Below, piece after piece: positions 22,201 to 35,225 of a DNA stretch of 64,000 nucleotides; position 1 is the first letter of the stretch; each line of letters opens with the position of its first letter. Position numbers and translations under genes: made by a program. The stretch covers positions 251,772-315,771 of the forward strand of contig NW_003314340.1 of NCBI RefSeq assembly GCF_000143415.4, in the 5' to 3' direction. Origin of the DNA: Selaginella moellendorffii. Lineage: Eukaryota > Plantae > Lycopodiophyta. A model generated the notes under the pieces. That model made no database searches. It saw only the letters and a list, made by a program, of their open reading frames with translations, and had not been told where the DNA came from.

Positions 22201-24647
22201 TCCAGTCCCACTCTGCTGCAGGACCAATAACAAGGGCGAGTGTGAAGATGCGGACATTCGTCGGTATCTTCTTCTTAGCCATTATCCCATGGATCTCCCG
22301 CATCTCCTTGCCTTTCAACCAAGCCTTCACCTCGTTCAAGGCCTTCCAGAACTTGTGATAGGATTCGGAGTCGTAGATCATATAGTGGACTGAAGATTCC
22401 ACCTCCGCAAGTCCCACCATTAAGTCAATGATGGAGCTGACTTCGTCTGCATGAGTGATCTCCTCGTTTGTGAAGTCCATCACACAAAAGATGTTCTTGA
22501 CCTGCTCATCTCCGCGGGAAACGATGCTCCTCCACCTTTGATCCTCATCCGAATTCAAGTATACCCGGTAAGGTTCTCGATAGGCCTCTGCTGCGGGGTC
22601 GAGCTGTTTCTGAAGCCGGCGGTCGACATCAATCTTAATGAAATTTGGATACTGATCCAACTTCTCAGCTTTACTTTTCGTGGCATCCCGCAGCAGATCG
22701 ATGAACTTGGGGGCCCCCTTCACGTACTCGTCGATGTCTTCATTTGACAACTCCAGCGCTTCCATCATCTCTTGCGTGGTGTCGATGCTCACCCTCTCCA
22801 CGGCCACTTGCTCGAAGATCCAATCCTTCAATAGTGCACGAGCTCTCAGAGTCGTGCACAAGTCCTCGTATGTCACAATATGGCCGGGAGTCATTTTGGT
22901 CTTGTTGAAGACAACCTCACCACGTAGAAGAGCATTAGCCACTGTCAGAAGGTCGTCGTCGTCTAGAGACCGCGAGAAACGCAAGGCGTTGAGCTTCAAA
23001 TCATTGGGCTTCCGGCCGTCCTCCACACCCATTGAGTTTGGCAACTCCCCGTCATGGTACCTCCTCAGCACATCTACCCATTTGTCAAAAACAACTTTTG
23101 TCGCGAGTAGAATGTTATGGATGCTGAGTGTGTCATTGACCCCAGTGTTTTCGAGAGAAGACTCGAGAATTCCTGCAATGGAAATGGCGTGAGGCCACAT
23201 GCTATGCCACATACAACGAGGCTTACCTGCCAGGCGCTAGTTGCTAGTGCACGTCCTTGTCCTGGTTTTTGTGGCTTCTTCAGTTGAACCCAGAGCTTCC
23301 GTGTTCGTGCCAATGTCTCGTGCAGACCCGATTTGTAGCACGTTTCTTGCTTGACATTCTGCGCGTGGGAGATGTATATGATAGATCGGAGGGGTGAGTT
23401 GCCTTTTATCAGGCGGACAACTCTTGTCTTGAAGACTTTCTTCACCTCCTCGCCCACCATAATATCCACAACTATCTCTTGCATCGCCAAGCTAGAATGC
23501 TGTCCGGAGACGGCATAGAACTGGATGTTCTGATCGTCCAACACCTTCCTATTGATCAAGTCTGGAAACCTCGTCTCGCCCTTCATTGTTTGGTAGTAGG
23601 GGATCACGTCTGCGATGTCGGGTGTTACTGGACTTGCCAGCATCTTCTGCTTCAGTTTCTCCACCCACTCATCAGATACTAGCCTGTGGTTGTATTTGCT
23701 TTGGATGTCGATACGGCTCACGTCGATTGTATATACTTTGTTGGAATAGTAACAAGTACTATTATCTGCGACGATTTTTGCTGCCTCTTCTTGCTCTTTC
23801 TGCTCTTTGCGGCTCTTCTTTTTGGTGGGTGTAGTGTTCGAACCCGAGGCAATGGCATCACTGAGTAGCTTCTTTTTTGGAGCAGGAGAGTCGGACGTCG
23901 GCTTGAGCTTGACCACCCTTTTCTGCTTCGAGGTAGTTTCCAGATCGACCCCCTTCCCCTTTGCTTCGCGAACTGGAGTCACTCTCAACGGCTCAATGTT
24001 GGAATATAGTTTTTGAACATCGCCGTAGGTGAGGTCTGTGGATTCCATGTGATCTTCATAGACCCGCAGCGTCTTTGAAATTGTGGGCCTCCTGGACAAC
24101 CTCTCCTTAGCTCCCTCTAGGAATTCCTCATAGCCGCTGCCCCCCTCCGGGAAGCCGCTAGGATGTGCAAGGTGGATCTTGAAGGCAGACGCTGTCTCTA
24201 CCACAAGTGCCAGTCCATATTCTTGCATGGAACTGCATGGAGTGTCTGTCACTTAGATGAGGATCCCCATGCATTCTTTTCTCCCACCATCTGTGTTGTA
24301 CAGCCTCAGATCCTCGCCTTCCATCCCGAAAGTCCAACTGGTGAGCTCCTCCCCCTTCTCTGCATCCACATTGACAGTGGCTGGAAGAAGAATGCAATTC
24401 CTCGCCTGTTCAGAAATGCACAACAATTAGAGCTGACAGATGAAAAGCTAGTAGCTGGAAATAACGTGAAGCCACACGCCATTCACCACTGCATCAGATG
24501 TCTTGAGGCTGCATCCTAAGATGGCGTGAGGCTACACGCCATCTGTAACCGGACTGCACTCGAGAGCCCAATCGGTGCATGCCAATGTTGCTACTGAATG
24601 GCATGTGGCCTCATGCCATTTTCTACTTGGCCTAAAAGACTTACCAT
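19215..24647 (-). pseudogene. Transposon accessory gene (copy B), full-length 3' end but nonsense mutations
   Basis: Mirror of 13112-18451. CAA>TAA at 24253-24255, CAG>TAG at 21121-21123, and an altered splice acceptor near 21537. Last exon is 31 codons longer than in copy A. Confidence 0.8.
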
Positions 24648-25863
24648 TTGAAGCCGAATGGAGGCGTGACAACCGGACTCGCTGGCGAATGTGCACTGTG
24701 TGTGCAGCGGATCGTAGCAGCAAGGCTACTCTGCCACTTACAGTTGGAGAGTGGCGCTGAAATCTCCCGGGATGCCAAGTGGGCTGCGTGTGGGTGGCGG
24801 AGTGGGCGGCGGAGTTGGCGGCGAAGTTACAAACTGGGTGTGTCTTGAAGTGGACGCCGATGCACACGAGCGCGATGCGAGCGCGAGTGTGATGCAAGCG
24901 CGAGTGGACGCCGATGCACACGAGAAACCTGTAGAGAAGTGGGAGCGCGATGCGAGCGCGAGTACGAAGCAAAATGCAAAACCTAACCTCACACGCGCGA
25001 AATGTCACGACGGTTGGTAATCCCGCCACGTCATCATTTCTCGGACTTGGGTGCCACCATTAATTTCTGGATCGCTGCGCGCATGCGTGAAATCCAAAAG
25101 AAATCCGCAACGTCATCATTCCTCGGATTGCATGCACGCGAAATCCAAAAGAAAGATCATGATTGGGATATCATTTAATACCCTCGCTATATTTATACCA
25201 TGCCTGATTGGATATTCCAGAGCATCTTGTATTTCCAAAAATGCCAGATGTTCAGCTAAATAAATTGTCAGAGGATTTGATGTGACGTTCAAGCATGTGG
25301 GCTCATGTAATTTTGATCCCAAAAAATGCACCAAAAAATGCTCAGCGTCATCTGGCGTTATTTCCTGAATGGCGTGGGGCCGCATGCCATTTTCAGGAGC
25401 ACATAGGAGTATATTCCTAGAATATTCTGACACGCGCGAGATTGTTTTGAGTTTCCTGGAGATCCAACCGTTAGATCGCAACTAGATTTTACAGAATGGT
25501 ATACAATGTCCTTCTTGATGACCCTGCAAAGAAGCATCTCGATCGGACACCACATGAGACCACACGAGCCTTACAATGTTTCAGGGGCATTTGCCATAGA
25601 TCCGACTGTTATTTTGCTCCAAGATTCTACAGTTTGGTGTGCATTGACCTTTCCATCGACAGTGCAAAGGGACATCACAATCAGATGCGGGATCTCAAAA
25701 AACCAACTTCACTAACTCTGGTTTCACCAAGATCTACGTAAGGAGTTATGAAATGAAAGGACCCTTTCTATTGAAATGTGTTTATGGTCCTAGGGGCATT
25801 GTGACATATCAAAGGATTTTGCATCAAGTTCTGTATTTGCATGTTTATCAAGCTACTGAATTG

Positions 25864-25895
25864 CTAAACCCTAAACCCTAAACCCTAACCCTAAA
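25864..25895 (-). repeat. Same telomere-repeat cluster in copy B
   Basis: ctaaaccctaaaccctaaaccctaaccctaaa. Confidence 0.9.
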
Positions 25896-27181
25896 CATGT
25901 GGCAAATGCTGCGTGAAGAAAGATGCCCTTTCTGGGCAAATGCTGTAAGAGGCAGATTCCGAGCAGATGTATCTCAGGCCAGCGAAGAGGACAAACGAAA
26001 GCTAGCTATAAACATGACGGGATGCAAATAGATTACTAGGCTGGTCCTGCGAAAATCAAAAACCATAATTGAAAACATTGAAAATGCAAAAAGAAAGGTT
26101 TATAATATTTTTGAATTTTAAGCAACCAAATGAATGTAAGTAGGGCATGTGTTTGTAAGTTTAAAAATGCCTCAACCACTTAAATTCCCAAGTAAATAAA
26201 GCTGTTTCTATTTTTGGTACAGGTAAACTTTATAGCGTGTGGGCTCATGCAATTTTGAACCCAAAAATGCACCAAAAGATGCTCGACTAGCATTATTCTT
26301 TGAATGGCATGTGGCCTTATATTGCCATAAATGGACGTACACACACAGCATAATTATTCCTTTACACGGCGAATAATCTTGGCGCGGATCGCTGACATGG
26401 CATGGCAAAGTTCGAATCACTGACATGGCACAGCTGGATCGAGGCAAGGACATGATGTGACAAAGTTCAACCTCCGACAGCAAAGTCTAGAAGCTACTCA
26501 GTTTGAAATTTGTCAGAGGAATCATAAGATCTGGTTTGTCAGAGGATTTGATGTGATGTTCAAGCGTGTGTTATTTTTGAATTCTCGAACTCATTCCTAG
26601 GTCTATCATTTTTGTGCGCCGTGTTCTTGGTTCCGCTGAGCGCAGTGAGTGCTGCTTGTGTAAGCGGCGTTGTGAGCTGTGGTTTATGCGTCTACAAGCG
26701 GTTGCGGCATTGCGAGCGCCATTGCAAGCGGCAGTTTATGCGAGTGGCAGTTTGTGCGAGCGGCGCTATGAGCAGTTGCGGTGTTGCGAGCGGCGCTACG
26801 AGTAGTTGCGGTGTTGCGAGCGGCACTGTCTTTGGTGTGGCTACCGCTTCCTCTTGATATTCGGCACTTGTGCTTCCTGGTATGTTCACCATGGAATGGT
26901 TTAGGACCACATTTAGAAATGGCATGAGGCCACATGCCATCTTGGGCCCTTGCAATTTCATGGCTAGCGTATTGTCATGTATGTTTTTACTTGCCTGCAT
27001 CTGTGTGTATATCAAGATGGCATGAGGGCTCATGCCAATTTTGTAAATGCGAAATTTCACGTGGGTGTCAATAGCATGTTTGAATAATGATATGTGGCCT
27101 CATGCTATTTGGTATGTTATGATTTAGGCCATTCTCCAATCATTTTTTGTATGGTCTTAACTTCTTTTCTGCACTTTCAGA

Positions 27182-30100
27182 ATGGCCTTCAGGGTTGGGG
27201 AAAAGGTTTACATTTTGAATGGTGGGAAGAGAGTTGCAAAAGGGACCCTTGTGTCTATGGATTGGAACTTTGTTATACACTGTCAAAAGCTTGGGGAAGG
27301 CAATGCTGCTGTATCAGTAGAGACTGTCTTCGATGGGAATGTGGTCGCTATTGAACGAGGAGAGATGGTCGTCGGGGTAAATGTTGTTGTTGCCTTGAAA
27401 AATCTGTAGAAGAAAGCAGATGTTGGGGACAGCGCAAGTGCGACGCATGTTCCCTCCGTGGATCTTAAGAACCATGCTACATGGATTCAGGCAAAGGTGT
27501 TTCTAAACAACCCCGAGGGGGAGGTGGTAGCTGAGGGCTTAGCCACAGTTGTCGATCCAAGAGATGCAGTTGCTAATCAAGAATTGGGCTGGGATGATAT
27601 TGGAGTTGCGATTTTAGAGGTTGTTGACACAGAAGAAAACAGTCTAACTATTGGAAGCATTGTGCGGTGGAAATTGAGGCATTTAGTGTTTGAGAATGTG
27701 AAGGATTCACAATCAAATACCACTACAATTGATGACAGAACATCTCTTCATGGGAAAAGAAAGTACACCTTCCTACAGCGCAGCCAAAGGGATCTGAGCA
27801 ACGAACCAAAAAGGCAGAAAATGGCGATGGAGGTTCGAATGGTCTCGACAGTTGCTTGTTGCAAGAGGAGGTGCTGTCAACATGCTGATTGGGATGCTAT
27901 TGAAGAGGAGAGAGCAAGATACAAGACATTGTCCTGGAAGGCAGCTCGCAATTTTGTGTATGAGGCATTACGGTCATCTGTTGATGCTTCAGAACATCAA
28001 GTGGGGGGCATGGTCTTCCAGAGGGGTTTGGTCTGCATGAAGGCATGGAGAATCATTTATGGAGTCCCTCGAAGCACATTCTACAGAATCAAAACTGAGT
28101 TCGAGGAACAAAGGGTTCAACAGGCAGTCCATGGGAACGACGGTACGCACAAAACCAGGGGTCATGTTGTATATGGAGAGGCAATCTTCAAGAGGTTTGT
28201 CGAGACATGTAGCGAGCAGCAACCACATAAAACCCGCCTCTTGGAAGATGGAACACGAGACACCCAACGAGTTCTCCCTTCCATGTATACCAAGGGGGCC
28301 ATATTGGAAGATGTGAATCGGGAACTCCAGAGTAATGGCTACAGGAAGCTGAGCCAATCTAAATTTAGTAGATTGTGGAGCAACAGGTTCAGGGATGTGA
28401 GTATAAGAAAGTACTCCAGCTTTTCAAAGTGTGACGAGTGCACTGCTATCAAAATGGCTTTGTCGAAGAATTCTTGCAGCGCTCAAGAGCGAGAGACGTT
28501 GGTTAGAAGGCGGCTCGACCACAACATCGAGCAGAGAAGCTGCAGGACTGCATATTATCATAACAGGATTCTCTCCATGGAGAGACCTGACTCTTACCTC
28601 TGCATCATCCACGACAAAATGGACCAGAAAAAGACGTGCTTACCTCGACTCAATCCTGCCCCCAAGGCAATCTTTTCATCCATGCAGCTGCCTGTGTCTC
28701 TGTTTGGCATAATCGCTCATGGGCATGGTGCCCAGAACTATGGGAACTTCTTTGTACCTCTATGGGGTGGCGGGGGTGCAAACATGATGATTGCGTCCCT
28801 AGCAAAACACTTAAGGTCTCTGCAAAGTGCGCAGACTGAGCTGAACGGCCAACCCTTGCATAAGGCCCTTGTCGATCGAACCCCATACAGGGTTCAGCTG
28901 GAGGAGGAGCAAAGGCTTGCAGTATCGCATGGGGCCCCATGCCATCCCAGTGAATATGTTGGCCGTCAGATTGTAGGGTTATCACGTGAGGCCTCATGCC
29001 ATTCCGACGAGGCTGGTCGCCCGGTGAATGCACAGCCTCATCCAAACGAAGCAGAATCTCAAGGAAGTTCTTGCGGCCGATGTGGCCTTCCACCCCATCT
29101 TCTGCTCCAAACAGACAATGCTGGCAGTGAGAACAAAAACATGTACGTCTTCGCGTACTTAGCGATGCTTGTTGCCAAAGGCATATTTGAAATGGTTACA
29201 CTTGGCTTTCTCATGGTTGGGCACACTCATGAAGACGTCGATGCCATGTTCAGTCACCTGGCAGAGTCCCTCCGGCGATCCAATGTCCTCACCCTCCCAC
29301 AACTCTACGATGAATTCCAAAATTGTATCAAAGGCACTGTTGAAGCTGCACTTGTGACAGAGGTTCCAGACTTTAAGGGGTTTGTAAGAGGCTACATCAG
29401 GGACGGATCCGAAACGCTGATTGGCCACTCCAAGCCTCTTCAGTTTCATTTCAGCATGCATGACGGTGCTCCAGTGATGAGGTACAAGATGAGAGAATGG
29501 GACACAGTGTGGCTGCCAGTGGATGGCATTGAACTCTTCAAGAGAGATCCCATAACTGGGGAACCTATGATTCCTCAAGGTTCCCCACGGCCGATGCACC
29601 CGGATGGACTCAAAGACCAGGAAAGTATAGTGGCCGGGATTAGACAGCATATTGCCTTCTGGAAGAGGGGGTTGGTGTTTGGTGGAGAATCCTATTTTAA
29701 GAGGTGCAAGCCTTTGCTCGAATACTGGGAGAAGATTATATCTGCTATCCAAAATGGGCCGGTTGTATATGAAGAATTGGAAGAGTCCTTTTGGCCAGAA
29801 CCCAGAGCACTAGATAGTAGCGGAACAATGTCCTCTGGAAATGCAGTGACAGATAACGATGTTGAGGATCACTATTGTGGGCCGAGGAACAAGAAGCCGG
29901 ATTCAGCATTCAATCCAGTACAGGTCTGCAAAGGAATGGTCGTGCTTGTCAGACCCAGTAATAAAAAACAAATGATATGGGTGGGGCGCTGCATCACTGA
30001 TGCAGAGGAGGACGTGGAAACTAACTCCTTCAATGTAACTGTGGAGTGGTTCAAGCCAAGTTCCGGATATACGAAGGATTGCCTAGAAAAGAGATGGGTG

Positions 30101-30250
30101 CTGAATCCAAGGGATCCCAGCATGAGCATATCGGTGGATAATGTTGTGCATGGTTGGATGCGGAAGCAGAGTGCCACCATCACCTTGCCAGACCATGCAA
30201 GAGATGCAGCAAGAGCATTCATAACCTGGGTTCAAGGTGAGATTCATTAA
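27182..30250 (+). pseudogene. Sola-like transposase, copy B, with premature stop
   Basis: Near-identical to 6031-9099, but CAG>TAG at 27407-27409 splits it into 75-aa and 930-aa ORFs. Confidence 0.85.
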
Positions 30251-30943
30251 TATTCCTTTACTAAGTTTCTAATGTATTTTATTTCAAGGTGAACAATCCG
30301 AATCTGAATCAGAGGAGGTGTGATGGCATGTGGCCCTTTGCACTAGTATATCTTAATACCGGTCTGAGAAATAGAATGGCATGTGCTCTCAGGCCTTTTA
30401 CTAAATCACCTTTGAAAAAAATGCAAGCCTCTATGTCGTAAAAAAAAGGTACTAGAGAAATTCCTTAATAATATGAATGTTATTTAGTTTCATGAAAATA
30501 CACTAAGGGTCAAATGAGTTAAATGACTTCTCCAGACTAGCAATGCCTCTTGCTACACCTTCACAATTAGATTCGTTAGAAAATGATAACATTGAATAAT
30601 ATCTAAATGTTCTCACCATTAAGTTATATGTCTGGCTAATAGGAATGACATTCATCTTGGAAAGCTCACCACACGCTCAATAAACAAACAAATAGTGTGT
30701 GTGCGCATGCCATCGCTCTTCTTTAGCTTCAGATTCGGCTTGTTCACCTTGACAATGAGATTTATTATACAACCAGATGGACTCAGTCTGGACACAAAGT
30801 CACCGCGCTAGTCACCATGCCCCAGATATGTCTAGCCCCTGGACAAAAAACATATAATTTCACGTCATTTTCAAATACTTGAAAATTTGTACCTAGTCCC
30901 ATTTTACTGAATAAATCCCACTTTAACGAAATAGAGCTTCTCG

Positions 30944-33909
30944 GAGTTATTTCCTGGAAGGTTTAAGTTCACTTTCTCGAAATGAGATTTTGAAGTTTAA
31001 GCCGAAGACGTACCTGGAGTGTAAAGAGGCAGCGCAGCAAGTTGCCTTTAGTCACTCGCTCATAGAACAATATCAGCTATCGTATGCTGGTAACTCGGAC
31101 AAGAATAAAAATTCTGGGAATAAACAAGGTGACCGGAAACAAAGAGTGGAAGGCAGGTTCTGCCCTGGAGTCTCACAAGCAACAGTTAACAAAGGTGGTG
31201 GTGGTTGGAGACCACCAGCAGCTTCTTCTGGTCCTAGGCCCTCTGTTCCTCCTCCTGGTGGGTACAAGCAGCAGCAACCTGCAAAATCTGCTCCTAGCGG
31301 AACGGGTAGTGTGGGTCATTGCTTCCATTGTGGAGAGTTGGGACATAGGTCTTTGGAATGTCCCAACAATCATAAGACAAGGTCTCGGGTTAATGTCATG
31401 AGGGAAGACGGTGGTGGTGAAGTTGAAGGGGTTGACGAGTTGGTCAATGCAGACTATGAGGAAGAAGAGGTGAGTAACTTTCGTTGCTTTCCTCAAGCTT
31501 TTCTTGCAGTCAATGCAAACACTGATCCGTTGATGTATCTGGTAGGCTTTGTCCGTGGACACCAAATCCTAGTGATGATTGACACGGGAGCTACGCACAA
31601 TGTGATATCCGAAGACTTAGTTAAGTTGTTAGGATTGAATGCTGAACAAATGTCGCCTATGCACTTCCGGTTTGCGGAAGGTGGGCAAGTAGCCAGAAAG
31701 TTTGTGAGTGATGTTCCAATAAAGATATCCAAGTGGAAAGAAAGAGTGGACTTGGTAGTGTTGAAGATACCAGATTTTCAGATGGTGTTTGGTATGGATT
31801 TCTTCAACAAGTATATAAAAGGGATTTATGGTGCTAGACAAAGTCGTATCATGTTGAAGTCAAAAGGACATCCTGATGTATCCTTTCAGTTGCAAAAGCG
31901 TTCCTCAAAAGATTGGGATGCAAAGTTCCTAACTGCGAAGGCCGCTCAAAAAGCAGCTAAGAGGGGATGTCAGACCTTTTGGGTTCAAGTGATGGAAGCT
32001 GAGGGTATTGGTGACTCAGTTCGAATCAGCGACAGGGTTGATCCCATACCAAAGAAGATATTGGAGTTGTTGGCGAGGAATCAGGATATCTTCCCGAAGG
32101 ATTTGCCGCCAGGGCTACCTCCTAGCCGTGAGGTTGATCATTGGATTGAGATTATTCTGGGTTCTAAACCACCTACGAAAGCTCCATATCGGTTGAACAT
32201 CAAGGAGATGGCTGAACTCAAGAAGCAACTCACGGAGCTTCTTGACAAAAGTCATATCCGACCAAGCAAGTCACCTTATGGAGCGCCAGTCCTTTTTGTT
32301 ATGAAAAAGGATGGAACCATGAGGATGTGTATTGACTATCGGGCACTCAACAAGATCACAGTTAAAAATAGTTATCCTTTGCCTCGCATTGATGACTTGT
32401 TTGACTAACTCTTAAAGGCTAAGTATTTTATGCGACTTGATTTGTGGTCCGGGTATCATTAGATACGGGTGGCAGGTCAGGATGTGGAGAAGACAGCCTT
32501 TAAGACTCGGTACGGATCTTATGAGTTCCTTGTCATGCCGTTCGGGTTATGCAATGCTCCAGCAACGTTCAGCACTATAATGGATAGAATATTCGGAGAT
32601 TATTTGGATGCATTTGTTGTCCTATATATCGACGATGTTCTAGTCTTTAGTGAAACGTTGGAGGATCATTTGAAACACTTGGAGCTGGTGTTTCAGAAGT
32701 TGCACGAACACAAACTGTATGCTAAGGAAAGTAAATGCGCTTTTGGACAATTGCGCGTAAACTTTCTCGGACATATAGTTGGTGGTGGCGTGATTGAGGT
32801 CGATCCAAAGAAGGTGGAAGCAGTGAAGTCCTGGGAAGTTCCAACCACTGTATCAAATGTTCGATCCTTTCTCGGTCTGGCGGGATACTATCGCAAGTTT
32901 GTCCGTAATTTTGCAAGGATTGCTCTTCCGTTGACTGAGTTGACAAAGAGTAATATTCCGTTTCATTGGACACCAGCTTGCCAGCGTGCTTTTGCACGGT
33001 TGAAGGAGATCTTGACTACAGTTCCTGTTCTCAAGATCCCAGATCTTGATAAACCTTTCGAAGTGCATTGTGATGCATTTGGCTATGCTATCAGTGCCGT
33101 GATGCAGCAAGATTGTGACAAAGCGGTTGGTGTTATGCTAAGGCGACATGGTTGTCCCGTTGCATTCTATTCCAAGAAATTGGATGAAATTCAACGAAGA
33201 TGGCCAACGCATGAGAAAGAGATGTTTGCTATAGTGTCGGCCTTGGAACACTGGAGACACTACTTGGGTGGACATACCAAGGTTTATATAGATAGTAACA
33301 CATTGAGCTACTTTGCTACGCAGCCTAAGCTTACGCCGAAGCAGGCTCGTTGGCAAGAGAAGCTTGCTAGATATGATATTGAAATCATATATAAACCTGG
33401 TAAGGACAATATTGTTCCAGACGCGTTGAGTCATCAGGCTCAGTTTCGGGCAATATTGGCAAGCAGTTCGGACTGGTTGGTGGACGTTCGGGCTTCATAT
33501 GGAAGTGATCCATTGGCGAAGGCAATCTTATGCCGCGCGGGGTTGTTGAAGCAGAGCTCTGGTAGCGAAGTAGCAAAAGTTGCTAGTCGCACTAATGCGA
33601 AGCTTCACTTCTCAGTTCGGGATGGGCTTATATTCTATAAGCAAGAAAGATTGTATCTTCCCTCTAAGGATCTGCAGCAGTTATTTCTGCGGGAACATCA
33701 TGATGTTCCAGCAGCGGGACATGGTGGACAGCAAAAGACTCTTGCTTCGTTGAAAAAGGGATTTTTCTGGGCTGGTATGGAAGGTGATGTAGCGGACTAT
33801 ATTCGTTCTTGCCCTATATGCCAGCAATGTAAGCATAGAACTGAGAAGCAAGCTGGAAAGTTGCAGTGCATTCCAGCACCGGCATGGCCATTTCAGAGTG
33901 TGACACTTG
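30944..33909 (+). pseudogene. gag C-terminus and pol (zinc knuckle, protease, RT, RNase H, integrase zinc finger); stops at 32406 and 32460; integrase core missing
   Basis: [54 protein letters not shown]...EKEMFAIV, HHDVPAAGHGG...CPICQ. Confidence 0.95.
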
Positions 33910-34409
33910 ATTTGGAGCCGAACTCCAAGCCCGTTGCGCTACGAAACGAGGGTCCGGTACAATCCCACGAGCACCAGCTCCCTGCCTCTCTCTCGATGAC
34001 TCCTTTTCGAAAAAGAGGCGTGGTCGTCTAAACAACTTAATTTGCCAGTTTATAATAGTTGTCTAAATCTTCCCGACGGGGTTGATTTCTTGCTCAAGGG
34101 TAGTTGGGCCTCTGGCCTTCTCCCTATATCCCTGCAGGCAGGGATGTATCATTCCTTTGTAAGCTGAGTGGTACTCGGAGCAGCAAGGGTGGCTAACTCC
34201 GTTGGTCATTTCCTTGTCGGCGACGGCCGGAGGGTGTCTGGGTCTTAACGTCTTTGGACGTAGAGGAGAGGTCGTTCCATAACTCATTTAAGTCGGTGTA
34301 TTTCCCACATAATGTGCTTTCCGTTAACTTTCGAAGTTGTTTCCTTGACGGTTTGCTAGACTCGGGTATGCATCGACGAGGACGTCGATCTTCCCCAAGG
34401 GGGGGAGAG

Positions 34410-35225
34410 TGTCGCGAATGTGACTTTGGGTATCGAAAGATACTTGTCGGCCTGTCCTTACGGGCACTCTTTCCTTACTGCCACGACGGCAGGAGGTCGG
34501 TACTGCTGGTCCCTTTTATAGTCTCCACTCAAGCTAGTTGAGAAACTGGTCATCGCATGTGCACTTGACCAGATGAGCATAAGGGTTTACCTAAACCCTA
34601 TTCGATTGATGATAGCTTACCGTGTCTACCAAACACCCTCGCTATCATGCCCTTAGTGTTGGTCTCATTTCGGTCCCATATGCTATTTATGGAAAGTGTC
34701 TAGATTCGCTCATTTGGCATATCTACAGAATGTAGAGATCGGCCTGAACACAATAGTGTTCGTCCCGTGTCCAAATTCGCAATCTAAGGCCATTCCATAT
34801 TTAGTAAGTTTCGGACTTGTCCTAGAGACTAACTCCTGGTACTAAGGGAGGCTTGGGGTGAAAGCCCAAAGTGTGTGTCCCTCAAGGGGGGGGGAGCTGT
34901 GGGGGGTTCCAAATGTATAGTAGGGATAGTGGTTGGAATGCATGTCCGACCACCTGAGACATTAGTTTGGCTCCCACTAGGCTGTGTTGCTCCTTGTTCT
35001 GCGTCCGGCTTGGGTCTAAGCCCAAGCTCCACGCTGCTCTAGTCGGTGGAGTACCCTCCTCCTCGCGTTAGGCCACCGGTATGCCAAAATTGTGCCAGAC
35101 TCCGTCTGACACCATTTTGCGTGCAGGTGCTGGATACGGGGAGCTGGTGCTCGTGGGATTGTACCGGACCCTCGTTTTGTAGCGCAATGGGCTTGGAGTT
35201 CGGCTCCAAATTCAGGTGCGCTACA
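34410..35225 (+). repeat. 3' LTR (816 bp, internal deletion)
   Basis: TGTCGCGAATG...GCGCTACA, preceded by the PPT and followed by the TSD. Confidence 0.93.

Larger units (their letters stand above)
5113..30939 (+). mobile_element. Sola-like TIR DNA transposon, copy B (5113-5341 plus 18813-30939; 12,356 bp net), inactivated
   Basis: 24-bp TIR AAGCTCTATTTCGTTAAAGTGGGA at 5113-5136 and in reverse complement at 30916-30939. 4-bp TSD CTCG (5109-5112, 30940-30943). Removing the element restores the gag frame. Confidence 0.92.
3325..35225 (+). mobile_element. Ty3/gypsy LTR retrotransposon (tRNA-iMet primed), defective, carrying the DNA transposon nest in gag
   Basis: 5-bp TSD CAGAT (3320-3324, 35226-35230). 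LTRs at 3325-4236 and 34410-35225 with TG...CA ends. PBS TGGTATCAGAG at 4239-4249. PPT AAGGGGGGGAGAG at 34397-34409. Confidence 0.95.

Noticed and set aside
5113-30939. A single giant foldback element with 12-kb TIRs, or an assembly mirror artefact
   Set aside because: Two independent TSD pairs, four TIRs and many differences between the arms show two nested insertions.
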